Below are positions 39,044 through 49,150 of a DNA stretch of 64,000 nt, in pieces. This DNA comes from Nitrospinaceae bacterium (GTDB lineage: Bacteria; Nitrospinota; Nitrospinia; Nitrospinales; Nitrospinaceae). How positions within the stretch are numbered: position 1 is the first letter of the stretch; each line of letters begins with the position of its first letter. The notes beneath the pieces are model-generated. The model was not told the DNA's origin and did no database searches. It saw only the letters and a program-made list of their open reading frames with translations. The translations under genes and the position numbers were made by a program. The stretch covers positions 1,344,001 through 1,408,000 of the forward strand of contig OZ245011.1 of assembly GCA_965223665.1 (NCBI GenBank). Reading direction: 5' to 3'.

Positions 39044-42000
39044 ATGCCAGAAAAGTGTGAACGAAAAAATCCATTAGTTCGAAAGGGCACAAGTCAAGGA
39101 GACCGCCGATTGGAGGCTTTTCATCCAAATTATTTTAAAGTTGATGAGCGTTCTCTGGCAGATTTGATTATTTTTTCCCAACGATTTAGCAAGGAAGTCC
39201 GACATTACGATAATACCGGTCAACCAAATGACTGGTTGCCCTTTTTCAATTCAGATATCACATCCGTTTTGGCTGGTGTGAGTCAAATTCCGGTGTCTTT
39301 GTTTTGGTCTGTTTCTAGCTCTTTACACAAGTTTTTAGAATCGGATCCTCAAAGACCAAAAGAACAATTATTAAGTCATTTCAAGTTATTCTTTTTGTTA
39401 CCCACTGTTCTGTTTCAGGAAATTGGGATATTCTATGACAAACTTCCCAATAACCATCCTTTAAAATTATTTATTGAGAACGCTTTCAAAACCGGCTTAG
39501 AAACGGCTATACCCCATTGGGTTGCATATTACAAAGGAGCGGTAAAGGAACTCAAACCAAAATTTAAAGACACTCCCTTTAAAAGAAAAGACCACAATAT
39601 TGACTTAAATAATTCTGATTCAAAATTAGAAATACCTTCAAGGATTACTGAACGGATGGATGAAGCACACCCGCTTTCTTCCCTACCGTTCAATACCAGT
39701 TTTCTTTCATTAATACCTGCGAAAGACTGGAATACTTTTTACAAATCAGTAAAAGTAGACTCATCTCCTTACACAGTGAATCCTGGAAAGCTGTATGAGC
39801 AAATTCGAGATGCTTTGAATAACAACTTACTCAATGATTCCCTAAAAAAAATATACGAGTTGGCGCAACATATCTCTCAGGAAGCAGCGAAATATTTTGA
39901 GGGATCTCTAACAAATTTAGAAGATCATGAACCTCATTATGGCCTTTGGCTTACATTCTTACAATTATTTAAACACAATCAGGATCATATCAATCAATTC
40001 ACCCAACGTCATCTCGATTATTATTTTCAAGAAATTCTACAAATTTCTAAACAAGAAGCTCAACCTAATAAGGCTCATTTGCTTTTCACATTAAATAAAA
40101 ATAAAAAAACGCATCTATTAAATCAAGGCACTCAGTTTAAGGCAGGGAAAGACAGCGAAGGCCAAGATGTAGCCTACCAGCTAGATAACGATTTCGTAAT
40201 CAATAAAGGCACTATAGAAAAATTAATGTCAATTACCCAACTTAAAAAAAATAAAAGTGAAGCTCTTTATGCCTCCTCCATAACCAACTCCCGTGATGGC
40301 CAGGGTCAGGAGTTACTTAAAAGTCAGCCTCAATGGAAACCATTTGGCCCTATCCAAAGCAAACCCAACGGCCGCCTCGGTTTTGCTATCGCAGATCGAC
40401 AGCTTTTTTTACGAGAAGGTCTTCGAACAATAACACTGACAATTCGTTTAAAGGATCGAATCCGAGTTTCCTCACTCAAAAATACATTTAAAGTCTTTTT
40501 GACATCTGAAGAAGGTTGGCTAGAAATAACAAACCCAGAGAAACTTGATATTTCAATTAACAGAAGATCATTATTAATAATCCAAGTCACCCTTGATGGT
40601 GATGATCCTCCCATCATCCCTTTTAACTCGAATCTCCACGAGGGAAATTATTCAACTTCCTGGGCGGTTGCTAGATTTGAAATAAATCAAGAGTCCAATG
40701 CATATTCCTTTTTACAAAATGCCAGAATCAGATCTACCTGGTTAAAAGTACGCACAGAAAATTTAAGAAATATAACTGCACACAACATCCAAGGTCCTTT
40801 GGATACCAGCAAACCGTTTTTACCTTTTGGTTCCCAACCGGAAGAAGGAGCATATTTCATTTTTGGAAACAGCGAACTATTTAGTAAACCTTTAAAGGAA
40901 ATCAAATTTAATGTTGATTGGAAAGAAGATCATAACAGCAAAGACTATTTTTTGAGCCAAACATTTACTCGTAACGATTTCAGCTTTGAACAACTAAAAG
41001 CGTCTTTTTGGAACCCATTGGTTCAGTGGTATCAATACCCTAGGAATAGACAACGAAAACAAGCGGAAAGATTAGACACTCAAACTTTCACTATTCAATT
41101 TCCTTTAAAAAGCAAATTTGAGACGGACCAACCTTTTGAAAATCCGGTTTATTCAAATAAATCTTCTTCCGGCTTTGTAAAGGTGCTTCTCAATAGAGAG
41201 TTTGGACATAAAGATTTTAATACAAAAAAAACTCTTGCATTAATCAATAAAGCCAATCCATCGCAAAGCAAAAATATCATCCCCCTGTCGATGAAGTTTT
41301 TAAAAATTCGAACTCACATACCTTCAAAGGAAATTAAAGTATCCAAGCGAAAAATAGTGAGAATTAAAAGTTTGATACCACAACAAATCAACTATGTAGA
41401 TGGAATACCATTAGATCCATACACTCCTGAAATCGTTTCATTCGATTTGACCTATTCCACACATGCTTCCCCCCCCGATCAAATGTTTCATTTGTATCCA
41501 TTTGGACCACAATCGATTAACGACGAAATAAATACAGAACTTAGGGACCGCTTGCTTCCTTCAATAAGAAATGAGGGCGAACTTTATATTGGAATTAAAA
41601 ATTTAAATCCTCCGGAACAAATATCTATGCTGTTTCAAACACTAGACGGAAGTTCCAACCCACTAAAAGAAGAACAACCGATTCACTGGCATTATTTAAA
41701 AGGAGACGTCTGGAAAAACCTACAAGATCATTCTGTGGATGACAAAACCAACAATCTAACGAGTACCGGGATTATCCGCATTGCCCTCCCGGAAGAGGCA
41801 AATACCACACACAATATTTTACCAAGTGGATTGCATTGGTTAAGGTTATCTGTAGAAAAAAACATAGATGCGCTCAATGATTTACTAGCGATTGATTCTC
41901 AAGCGGCAACAGTTTCTTTTAAAGATCAAAATAATTCTTTAGACTTTTTGAAAACACCTCTGCAAGCAGAAACCATTTCCAAGCTCAAAATTAGTAATTC

Positions 42001-42754
42001 CGCTATAAAAAAAATTCAACAACCTAATGACTCTTTTGGTGGAAAACCCCTTGAAGACGAATCTCATTATTATCTCCGAGTAAGTGAACGATTGCGGCAC
42101 AAAGACCGGGCCTCAACTATATGGGACTATGAACATCTGATTTTGGAACAATTCCCCGAAATTTATAAAGTTCGATGTATCAATCATGCGACTTTACAGC
42201 GAAACAAACAAGATCAGATCATTGCAGATAATGGGCTGAAACCCGGTCACGTTTTGATTGTTCCCATTCCCTACTTGAACAAAGATACCGCCATTGATCC
42301 CTGCAGACCTTATACCCACAAAAAATTAATTGTAGCAATTGAAAAGTTTTTAAAGAGCCGCACTTCTCCGTTCGTGAATTTAAAAGTCGCAAATCCAAAA
42401 ATAGAAGCCGTGCAGGTCAAATTTGAGGTTGCTTTCAACGAAAATATCGCAGACATCGCTTTTTATATAAAAACTCTGCAAACCGCTATAAAAAGATACT
42501 TAACCCCATGGGCTTATAGTGAGGGAAAAGAAATTAATTTTGGTGGGAAATGGCATAAATCATCAATCATCAATTTTGTGGAAGAACAACACTATGTCAA
42601 CTTTATAAAAGAATTTCAAATGTTTCATATCGTAGACATTGATGGAAAAAACGCAACTGATGAGCGCCTCGATACAGATTTCGTAGAGGGGACCTCTTTT
42701 CGTTCTATTTTAGTTTCCCATTACGAACACCTCATTACCGAATACAAAGAATAA
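39044..42754 (+). CDS. Baseplate wedge protein, gp6/J-like (Afp11), with large insertions
   Basis: KVDERS, PHYGLWLTFL.LF, FTQRHLDYYF, FKAGKD, PF.PFG..P, SFGGKP.E, RVSERLRHKDRA..IWDYE.LILE.FP. Confidence 0.9.
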   Translation: MPEKCERKNPLVRKGTSQGDRRLEAFHPNYFKVDERSLADLIIFSQRFSKEVRHYDNTGQPNDWLPFFNSDITSVLAGVSQIPVSLFWSVSSSLHKFLESDPQRPKEQLLSHFKLFFLLPTVLFQEIGIFYDKLPNNHPLKLFIENAFKTGLETAIPHWVAYYKGAVKELKPKFKDTPFKRKDHNIDLNNSDSKLEIPSRITERMDEAHPLSSLPFNTSFLSLIPAKDWNTFYKSVKVDSSPYTVNPGKLYEQIRDALNNNLLNDSLKKIYELAQHISQEAAKYFEGSLTNLEDHEPHYGLWLTFLQLFKHNQDHINQFTQRHLDYYFQEILQISKQEAQPNKAHLLFTLNKNKKTHLLNQGTQFKAGKDSEGQDVAYQLDNDFVINKGTIEKLMSITQLKKNKSEALYASSITNSRDGQGQELLKSQPQWKPFGPIQSKPNGRLGFAIADRQLFLREGLRTITLTIRLKDRIRVSSLKNTFKVFLTSEEGWLEITNPEKLDISINRRSLLIIQVTLDGDDPPIIPFNSNLHEGNYSTSWAVARFEINQESNAYSFLQNARIRSTWLKVRTENLRNITAHNIQGPLDTSKPFLPFGSQPEEGAYFIFGNSELFSKPLKEIKFNVDWKEDHNSKDYFLSQTFTRNDFSFEQLKASFWNPLVQWYQYPRNRQRKQAERLDTQTFTIQFPLKSKFETDQPFENPVYSNKSSSGFVKVLLNREFGHKDFNTKKTLALINKANPSQSKNIIPLSMKFLKIRTHIPSKEIKVSKRKIVRIKSLIPQQINYVDGIPLDPYTPEIVSFDLTYSTHASPPDQMFHLYPFGPQSINDEINTELRDRLLPSIRNEGELYIGIKNLNPPEQISMLFQTLDGSSNPLKEEQPIHWHYLKGDVWKNLQDHSVDDKTNNLTSTGIIRIALPEEANTTHNILPSGLHWLRLSVEKNIDALNDLLAIDSQAATVSFKDQNNSLDFLKTPLQAETISKLKISNSAIKKIQQPNDSFGGKPLEDESHYYLRVSERLRHKDRASTIWDYEHLILEQFPEIYKVRCINHATLQRNKQDQIIADNGLKPGHVLIVPIPYLNKDTAIDPCRPYTHKKLIVAIEKFLKSRTSPFVNLKVANPKIEAVQVKFEVAFNENIADIAFYIKTLQTAIKRYLTPWAYSEGKEINFGGKWHKSSIINFVEEQHYVNFIKEFQMFHIVDIDGKNATDERLDTDFVEGTSFRSILVSHYEHLITEYKE

Positions 42755-45427
42755 ATGAAGACCTCTAAAATTTTAGAAAAGCAAAAGCAATTAAAACCAT
42801 CGCAAGATTATTCTTTTTTGCGGCAAGAGGGAATTCAACATTTACAAAATTTATCCGGTAGCATTTGGACCGATCACAATTCACACGATCCAGGTATCAC
42901 AATTCTTGAAATATTATGCTATGCAATCACCGACTTAGGCTATCGAACCGATTTTTTAACTCAGGATTTATTAACCAATAAATCGGGAATGGAACCCGAT
43001 CCCCAGCTAAGCACTTTTTTTCCGGCGCAGGATGTATTAACCAATACACCTTTGACAATAATGGATTACCGTAAAATTTTGTTAAAAATAAAAGGAGTTC
43101 GCAACGCCTGGCTGGTACCACTTGGTGTTCAAGAAGCCTATGAAAATGAAGTTCCAGTTTTTGTTGATACAACTCAAAAATCTCTAAGTTACGAAGAGAA
43201 TAATCACAAAGGAGTTGCCAACGAATCACTGAATTTATCGGGTTTATATAAAGTGCTTTTAGAATTTGAAGTGGATGAAAAAGTCAACTCTCCAAAAATA
43301 ATAAAAAAAGCAAAATGCATCCTCAATGCCCATAGAAATTTGTGTGAAGATTTTTTTCAGATAGAAACTGTCCCCACAGAACCCTTTGGTATTTGCATGG
43401 ACATTGAAGTTAAAAACCAAGCGGATTTAGAAAAAGTTCAAGCCGAAGTATTTTTTGAAATTGAAAAATATTTTAATCCACCAGTGAAATATTACTCCTT
43501 AAAAGAGTTGCTTGAAGAAGGAATGAGCTCCGACGAAATATTTAATGGTCCCTGGTTTGATTATCAATTTGAGTGCGATGGAGAGCTGGTTTTTACCAAA
43601 CCAGGTTTTATCAAATCAAACGATTTACAGGAAAGCGAATTGCGCAAAGAAATATACAGTTCCGACATCATTAACTTATTGATGGACTTAGAAAATGTCG
43701 TATCCATAAAAAATCTTCAGCTCCAACGTTATGACCACGCGGGAAACCCCATAGACATTAGTCACAGATGGAGCATAAATGTCAGCGATCAACATCAGCC
43801 CATTTTTGATGTAAGTCATTCCAAAGTGCTATTTTTTAAAAATGAAATTCCTTTCTTAGCTCAGCCAGAGGAATTTGAAAACACCCTGAATCAATTAAGA
43901 GTCAAAGCTAAAAAGGCTCTTTATATGGATTCTGATCAGACTCTCGAAATTCCGCGCGGAACCTATCGGGATACATCAACTCATTTTTCTATACAACATG
44001 ATTTTCCACAGACTTATCAAATAGGTGAAGAAGGCCTTGGGAAAAATGCCCGTCCAGAGCGAATTATCCAGGCAAGGCAATTGAAAGGATACTTGACATT
44101 TTTCGATCAGATACTGGCGGATTATTTACAACAACTAGGAAACCTTTCCAAATTATTCTCGTTGGATAAAAATATTAATCAAACTTATTTTTCCAGTTTC
44201 CTTACAAAAATTGCTTCTTCAGAAAAGAACTTTGAAGAGGAATATTATTTAGACCCGGCAAAATTGAGCGACCCCAAATTTCGTAATTTACTTACGGAAG
44301 ATGAAGTGATTTTCCAAGATCGCAAAAACAGGTTACTGGATCATTTAATCTCTAGATTTTCTGAACAATTTACAGATTACGTTCTAATGATGCACACCTT
44401 AAAACGCGATACTGTAAAAACCAATTCTCTCATCATTGAAGATAAAATTGAATTTTTAAAAGAATATCCTGTTATTAGCCGTGAACGCAATAAAGCATTT
44501 AATCTTTACCCTCAAAAAGATTCTGGGGTGTGGGATACAGATAATGTATCTGGTCTTGAAAAAAGAATCACGCGACTTACAGGTATTCCTTCATATAATC
44601 GAACCAATCTTTCATGCGAAAATGTTTTTTCCAAAGTTTTTAAAGTTCAAAAATCAGCAAACAAATTTCATGTCACGGTTAAAGATAGAAACAATGAGGT
44701 AATTTTCAAATCTGTTCAAAAATTTAATTCAAAAGAAGATGCGTTAAAAACAATTGATAATTTATCCCAAAGTTTGCACGACGCCAGCAATTTTTCCATC
44801 GCCGAAAAAGAAGGATCCAAAAAGTATATTTTTTCAATAAGCGAAAATGATTCAACTCTGCAAAGCGACAAAACCTACGACTCTCCCTCGGACGCTTTAG
44901 CGGATATTCAAAAAATTGTAAATCAATATGACGATTTTTTGGAAAGCAGTGCATGCGATAAAGAAGGTTTTTATTTATTTGAACATATTCTTTTTCGACC
45001 GAGGAAAAAAGGCGATCCTCTTATGAATATTTTTTTGGATGATGAAAGCGACTCTTGTGGAGATGAAGATCCATACTCATTCCGCATTACAGTAGTTTTA
45101 CCCTATTGGCCAGAAAGATTTCAAAATATGCAATTTCGCCAGTTTTTTGAAAAGACAGTTCGTGAGCAAACTCCTGCACATATTCACGTGAAAATTTGTT
45201 GGATCAGCAATGAGCAAATGGAAACGCTTCAAAGTAACTACCATTTATGGCTACAAACCCATTTTAACAATGAAGCCAATACAGAAAATGGAAAAATCTC
45301 GTTGTATGCACTATTAGAAACGATTGAACAATTAAAAACGATTTATCCCAAGGCAACACTTCATGATTGTATAGACGATGACACTAATCCGGTTAGATTA
45401 GGTAGTACTAACCTTGGGGTTTTTTGA
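42755..45427 (+). CDS. Baseplate wedge protein (Afp12/gp6-gp7-like)
   Basis: LR.EGI..LQ.LSG..WTDHN.HDPGITILE.LCYAITDLGYR, HRNLCEDF, QLKGYL.FFDQ, EHILFRP, DPYSF, REQTPAHI. Confidence 0.9.
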   Translation: MKTSKILEKQKQLKPSQDYSFLRQEGIQHLQNLSGSIWTDHNSHDPGITILEILCYAITDLGYRTDFLTQDLLTNKSGMEPDPQLSTFFPAQDVLTNTPLTIMDYRKILLKIKGVRNAWLVPLGVQEAYENEVPVFVDTTQKSLSYEENNHKGVANESLNLSGLYKVLLEFEVDEKVNSPKIIKKAKCILNAHRNLCEDFFQIETVPTEPFGICMDIEVKNQADLEKVQAEVFFEIEKYFNPPVKYYSLKELLEEGMSSDEIFNGPWFDYQFECDGELVFTKPGFIKSNDLQESELRKEIYSSDIINLLMDLENVVSIKNLQLQRYDHAGNPIDISHRWSINVSDQHQPIFDVSHSKVLFFKNEIPFLAQPEEFENTLNQLRVKAKKALYMDSDQTLEIPRGTYRDTSTHFSIQHDFPQTYQIGEEGLGKNARPERIIQARQLKGYLTFFDQILADYLQQLGNLSKLFSLDKNINQTYFSSFLTKIASSEKNFEEEYYLDPAKLSDPKFRNLLTEDEVIFQDRKNRLLDHLISRFSEQFTDYVLMMHTLKRDTVKTNSLIIEDKIEFLKEYPVISRERNKAFNLYPQKDSGVWDTDNVSGLEKRITRLTGIPSYNRTNLSCENVFSKVFKVQKSANKFHVTVKDRNNEVIFKSVQKFNSKEDALKTIDNLSQSLHDASNFSIAEKEGSKKYIFSISENDSTLQSDKTYDSPSDALADIQKIVNQYDDFLESSACDKEGFYLFEHILFRPRKKGDPLMNIFLDDESDSCGDEDPYSFRITVVLPYWPERFQNMQFRQFFEKTVREQTPAHIHVKICWISNEQMETLQSNYHLWLQTHFNNEANTENGKISLYALLETIEQLKTIYPKATLHDCIDDDTNPVRLGSTNLGVF

Positions 45428-45445
45428 ATCTGAAAATATTCCTGT

Positions 45446-48400
45446 TTGAGGGTTAAAAAAATGCAAAAATTCCATCCGATTTTTGAAAATGGTCAAGTTT
45501 TGACTTCCTTACACCTGAACAATTTAATTGTTTGGCTTAATCAACAAGATCATTCTACAAGAAATAAAACTATCGGTGTCGGAATCGTATGTGGGCTTGA
45601 GGTAGGATTTGATTCAGAAAATAAAGGTGTTCATATATCAAAGGGGGTTGCAATTACCAGCGAAGGACATTTAATCACTCAAGAAGATTGTTTCCTCCCA
45701 AAATTTCGTGAATATTCTTTACCCACCTCGACAGAAATCGAAGGAGTTTTTAATATTTTCTTAAAAGACTCCTTTCTAAACTACCCACCATTTATTGAAG
45801 AAGACTCACAGATCCCTCTTTGGGAATTATTACCCGAAGAATTTGAACCCGGCCCCGGAGAAACCAAACCCAAGCCCATAAACGAGACATTTTTAAAAGA
45901 TAAAGTAATTCTTCTCTTCCTGGAATGTTCATGGGAATCTCTAAAAAATTGCGATTTGAATGATTGCAGCGACAAGGGAGGAAAATCTAATTTTAATATC
46001 CGAAAGTTATTGGTGAATCAAAATGATGCTGAGGAAATCCTGGAGAAAGAGGCAGAAATTGCCGGAAGGCCTGTTGATTTATCTAGCCATCCAAAGTTCG
46101 ACTTGGAATCATTGCAATTAGAAAAACTCAATTTATTCGCCAATGACGTCACCAACTTTGCTGAATTAAAAAACCGCTTTATTGAAATCGGCAACTCTCA
46201 GAGCGAGATCATCTCTTCCGCCTTACAAAAAAGTTACGAAGCCTATTCTTATTTCTTAAGCGACTTATTTCCATTGGAACAGTTTCCGGAAGGACCATTT
46301 GGCTCACCAAATCTATTTAATAACATTTTTGAGACCATCAATAAAAATCCCTTTTCAATTCAGCATCTATATGACTTTCTCAGCGACATTGCCGATTCTC
46401 ATAACGAATTCCTAGAAATTGCTGGGCAATTGGAAACAGAATGCTGTCCGGAGGTGGATAGGTTCCCAAAACACGTATTTTTGGGAATTCCCCAGATTAT
46501 CAATTCTTTAGAAGATCCAGTAAAAAAGAAACTTAATCCTTTAGAAGTGAATTTTGATTTGGGAATTGCAACTAAACCTCAACCCTATAGACATCACTTC
46601 ATCGGCAGTCCAAACTTTGGAAACCAAAAAGATTTAATTAAAAAAGCTCAAACACTTTTTTACCGTACCTGGCTAATGGTTTTCCGGTTCAACACAGATG
46701 ATGTTTTAAAGGAAGATATCCAATTAACCCCAAGCAAATCAGACCCGGCTTCACTTTCTGAAAAGTCCATTCCGTATTATTTTAAATTTAATTCGGAAGA
46801 TGACTTCCATAAAAGCTGGTCTTATGAAAAAACGACTAAAAATCGTTTAAACAAAGTTGCTTCACATAAACTTATTAATTCCTCTGATCACCCGTTAAGA
46901 TTTCAATCTGATTCAGATGATTTTTATCGAGTCGAAGGAATATTAGGAAAAGGTCTAGGTCACTGTTTGGAAGAAATCCTTACGCTCAAAAACACTTTAG
47001 GTTTAAGTTTTGGTGTTGAACCAGTTTTTCTACCATTCCAGGATTTGTCAGATGCTGCAGAAAATAGAGTACTAGAAGTCTCTATGAGAAAAGCGGAAAA
47101 AACATTAACCTCCTTATTTTTATGCAAATTAAAAGATATTGATGTGGCTTTCATGCTTATCATGGGAGTTCTCTTTGACGGCTTGACCAAACTTCTCGAA
47201 ACCATCAAGGAAGTCAAACCAAAAACTTTAGTCGCAACAGAAATAAGCAGAAAACCTGAATTTCATGTTTTCAAACCTATAGCGTTTTCAGCGGTCCCCC
47301 AAACAACAAAACCCATCACCCCTCAACCCAGAGTTGGAAGGGCAACAAATGTTTTTACCGGAGGAACCACAAAAGAAAGTGTCTTAATGTCTAGAAAACT
47401 TTCCAAATGGAATGTCACATCTTATTCCAAAGGGACTTATATAAAAAATATTGCTGGAAAAGGAACTCCCGATTCTTCGGCTGGAAACCTATATGTGAGC
47501 GTAATCAATAAAAAAGGAACTGGAAGCTTCGAAGACAAATTCAAAAAAGTAATTCGGGAAGTGGATTTTGGTGCGGCAAATAAATCTTTGGTCGAAGAGC
47601 GACTGAGAAAAACTCTTGTTTTAATGGACAAAACAGAAGAGCTTATTGAAACAATCCACGTCCCATCAGTTGCAGAGTTTGATTTTGATGAATTTAGAGA
47701 ACGACATGAAAGCTTTAAAATCGCCTTCGAGGAATATCAACTCGAAGATTACCAAAAGGGCCGGAAAGAAGCAGGCAAAGAAAGTGTTTTGGAATCAATT
47801 CAAAGAATAATTGCTGAGGAAACTACTTTTGTTGCGAACACTTCTTCTTCTAACCCCATTAATATTGTCGCAGATGAATTACAAGATAGAATTCGAAATG
47901 TATTAAAAAGTTTCTTTTTATCAAATTATTCTAAAACACATCCTGGAATGGAACATAAATCCGGTGTTCCTAAAGGCGGAACGTTAATACTTTTAGTCAC
48001 ACACAAAGAATTTCTAAACCTAAAAAGCACGGACAAATTTATCACCTTAAAGGAAATCAAAAAAATTAATGAATTCGTTCCCATTGTCTTAGCCAATCGA
48101 AGAATAGCTCTCAAGAACAACCCTAGAATTCCGGAAAAATTAAAAGAAAGAATTAACGAACTAAAAACCTTTGCCGACGCACTTGACGATTTTGTGGTTC
48201 TAGCTGATTTTTGTTTGCCCACCATGTGCTGTGAATCGGATTGCAATGAGCTAAGCTTGGAAGACCCATTTAATCCAGAAGTAAAAAAGCCTATTGAAAA
48301 ACCAAAACCCGAAGAAGAAAGGCCAAAAATTAAAGAAACAAAGGTCACTACAAAAGTGACACATAGACAAGGAAATAAAGATGTTGCATTGGCAAATGCA

Positions 48401-49150
48401 ACTATCCAGGTTTTGCCTGCAAATTCAAATAAAGCATTGCGGACTGGTAAAACCTCAACTAACGGAACTTTTCAATTTACTGCCCCACCTGGTTCTTATG
48501 TTTTAAAAACTTCTTTATCTAATTTTAATCCCATGAATACATCCTTAATTCTTTCTGGAAAGCCTACTCAAAGTGTCTCGATAAAATTAACTCCAAAAAT
48601 TGTAAACACAACCGTCAGCGTTATTGTAAATCAAAAAGTGGGAACAAGATTTTCCCCCATAATAAGAGCACAAGTTGCAGTATTAGTAACCAAAGCAAAT
48701 AGGGTATCAACATTCAAAACAGGGACTACAACAACAGGAGGATTATTTAAATTTGTAGCACCTCCAGGAACCTATAGAGTCCGAGCTTCTGCAACAAACT
48801 TCAACTTAAAAGAAACTTCCATTAAACTCACTGGGAAAACAACACAATCACTCACTATCACACTTGTAGCTAAACCCAAAAATGGAACTCTTACCGGAAC
48901 AGTTACCCGGGGAAGGCCTCCTTTGCGACCTGTCACAAAATTAGCGGGAGCAACAATTGTGGCTGTAAACACTGTCAATCGAGCCAAACAAACCAGGAAA
49001 TCCGCATCCAATGGGAAGTACACCTTTTCTCTTCCGGCAGGAAAATATTCGGTAAGCATTAGTCATCCGACATTGGGAGCACAACCTGCTAAAACAATTG
49101 TCATCAGTTCAAATAAAGTTACAACATTGAATTTTAATTTTCCACGGTGA
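45446..49150 (+). CDS. Putative CIS tail-fibre protein with three C-terminal Cna-B/carboxypeptidase-regulatory-like Ig repeats (probable start is the ATG at 45461)
   Basis: N-terminal PIFENGQVLTS.HLN...GVGIVCGL.V and KGVAITSEGHLI; HPGMEHKSGVPKGGT and ADFCLP..CC; three repeats with G.F.F..PPG.Y; position between baseplate and tape-measure genes. Confidence 0.75.
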   Translation: MRVKKMQKFHPIFENGQVLTSLHLNNLIVWLNQQDHSTRNKTIGVGIVCGLEVGFDSENKGVHISKGVAITSEGHLITQEDCFLPKFREYSLPTSTEIEGVFNIFLKDSFLNYPPFIEEDSQIPLWELLPEEFEPGPGETKPKPINETFLKDKVILLFLECSWESLKNCDLNDCSDKGGKSNFNIRKLLVNQNDAEEILEKEAEIAGRPVDLSSHPKFDLESLQLEKLNLFANDVTNFAELKNRFIEIGNSQSEIISSALQKSYEAYSYFLSDLFPLEQFPEGPFGSPNLFNNIFETINKNPFSIQHLYDFLSDIADSHNEFLEIAGQLETECCPEVDRFPKHVFLGIPQIINSLEDPVKKKLNPLEVNFDLGIATKPQPYRHHFIGSPNFGNQKDLIKKAQTLFYRTWLMVFRFNTDDVLKEDIQLTPSKSDPASLSEKSIPYYFKFNSEDDFHKSWSYEKTTKNRLNKVASHKLINSSDHPLRFQSDSDDFYRVEGILGKGLGHCLEEILTLKNTLGLSFGVEPVFLPFQDLSDAAENRVLEVSMRKAEKTLTSLFLCKLKDIDVAFMLIMGVLFDGLTKLLETIKEVKPKTLVATEISRKPEFHVFKPIAFSAVPQTTKPITPQPRVGRATNVFTGGTTKESVLMSRKLSKWNVTSYSKGTYIKNIAGKGTPDSSAGNLYVSVINKKGTGSFEDKFKKVIREVDFGAANKSLVEERLRKTLVLMDKTEELIETIHVPSVAEFDFDEFRERHESFKIAFEEYQLEDYQKGRKEAGKESVLESIQRIIAEETTFVANTSSSNPINIVADELQDRIRNVLKSFFLSNYSKTHPGMEHKSGVPKGGTLILLVTHKEFLNLKSTDKFITLKEIKKINEFVPIVLANRRIALKNNPRIPEKLKERINELKTFADALDDFVVLADFCLPTMCCESDCNELSLEDPFNPEVKKPIEKPKPEEERPKIKETKVTTKVTHRQGNKDVALANATIQVLPANSNKALRTGKTSTNGTFQFTAPPGSYVLKTSLSNFNPMNTSLILSGKPTQSVSIKLTPKIVNTTVSVIVNQKVGTRFSPIIRAQVAVLVTKANRVSTFKTGTTTTGGLFKFVAPPGTYRVRASATNFNLKETSIKLTGKTTQSLTITLVAKPKNGTLTGTVTRGRPPLRPVTKLAGATIVAVNTVNRAKQTRKSASNGKYTFSLPAGKYSVSISHPTLGAQPAKTIVISSNKVTTLNFNFPR
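48338..49147 (+). repeat. Three tandem ~90-aa Ig-like protein repeats
   Basis: NGTFQFTAPPGSYVL / GGLFKFVAPPGTYRV / NGKYTFSLPAGKYSV. Confidence 0.8.
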
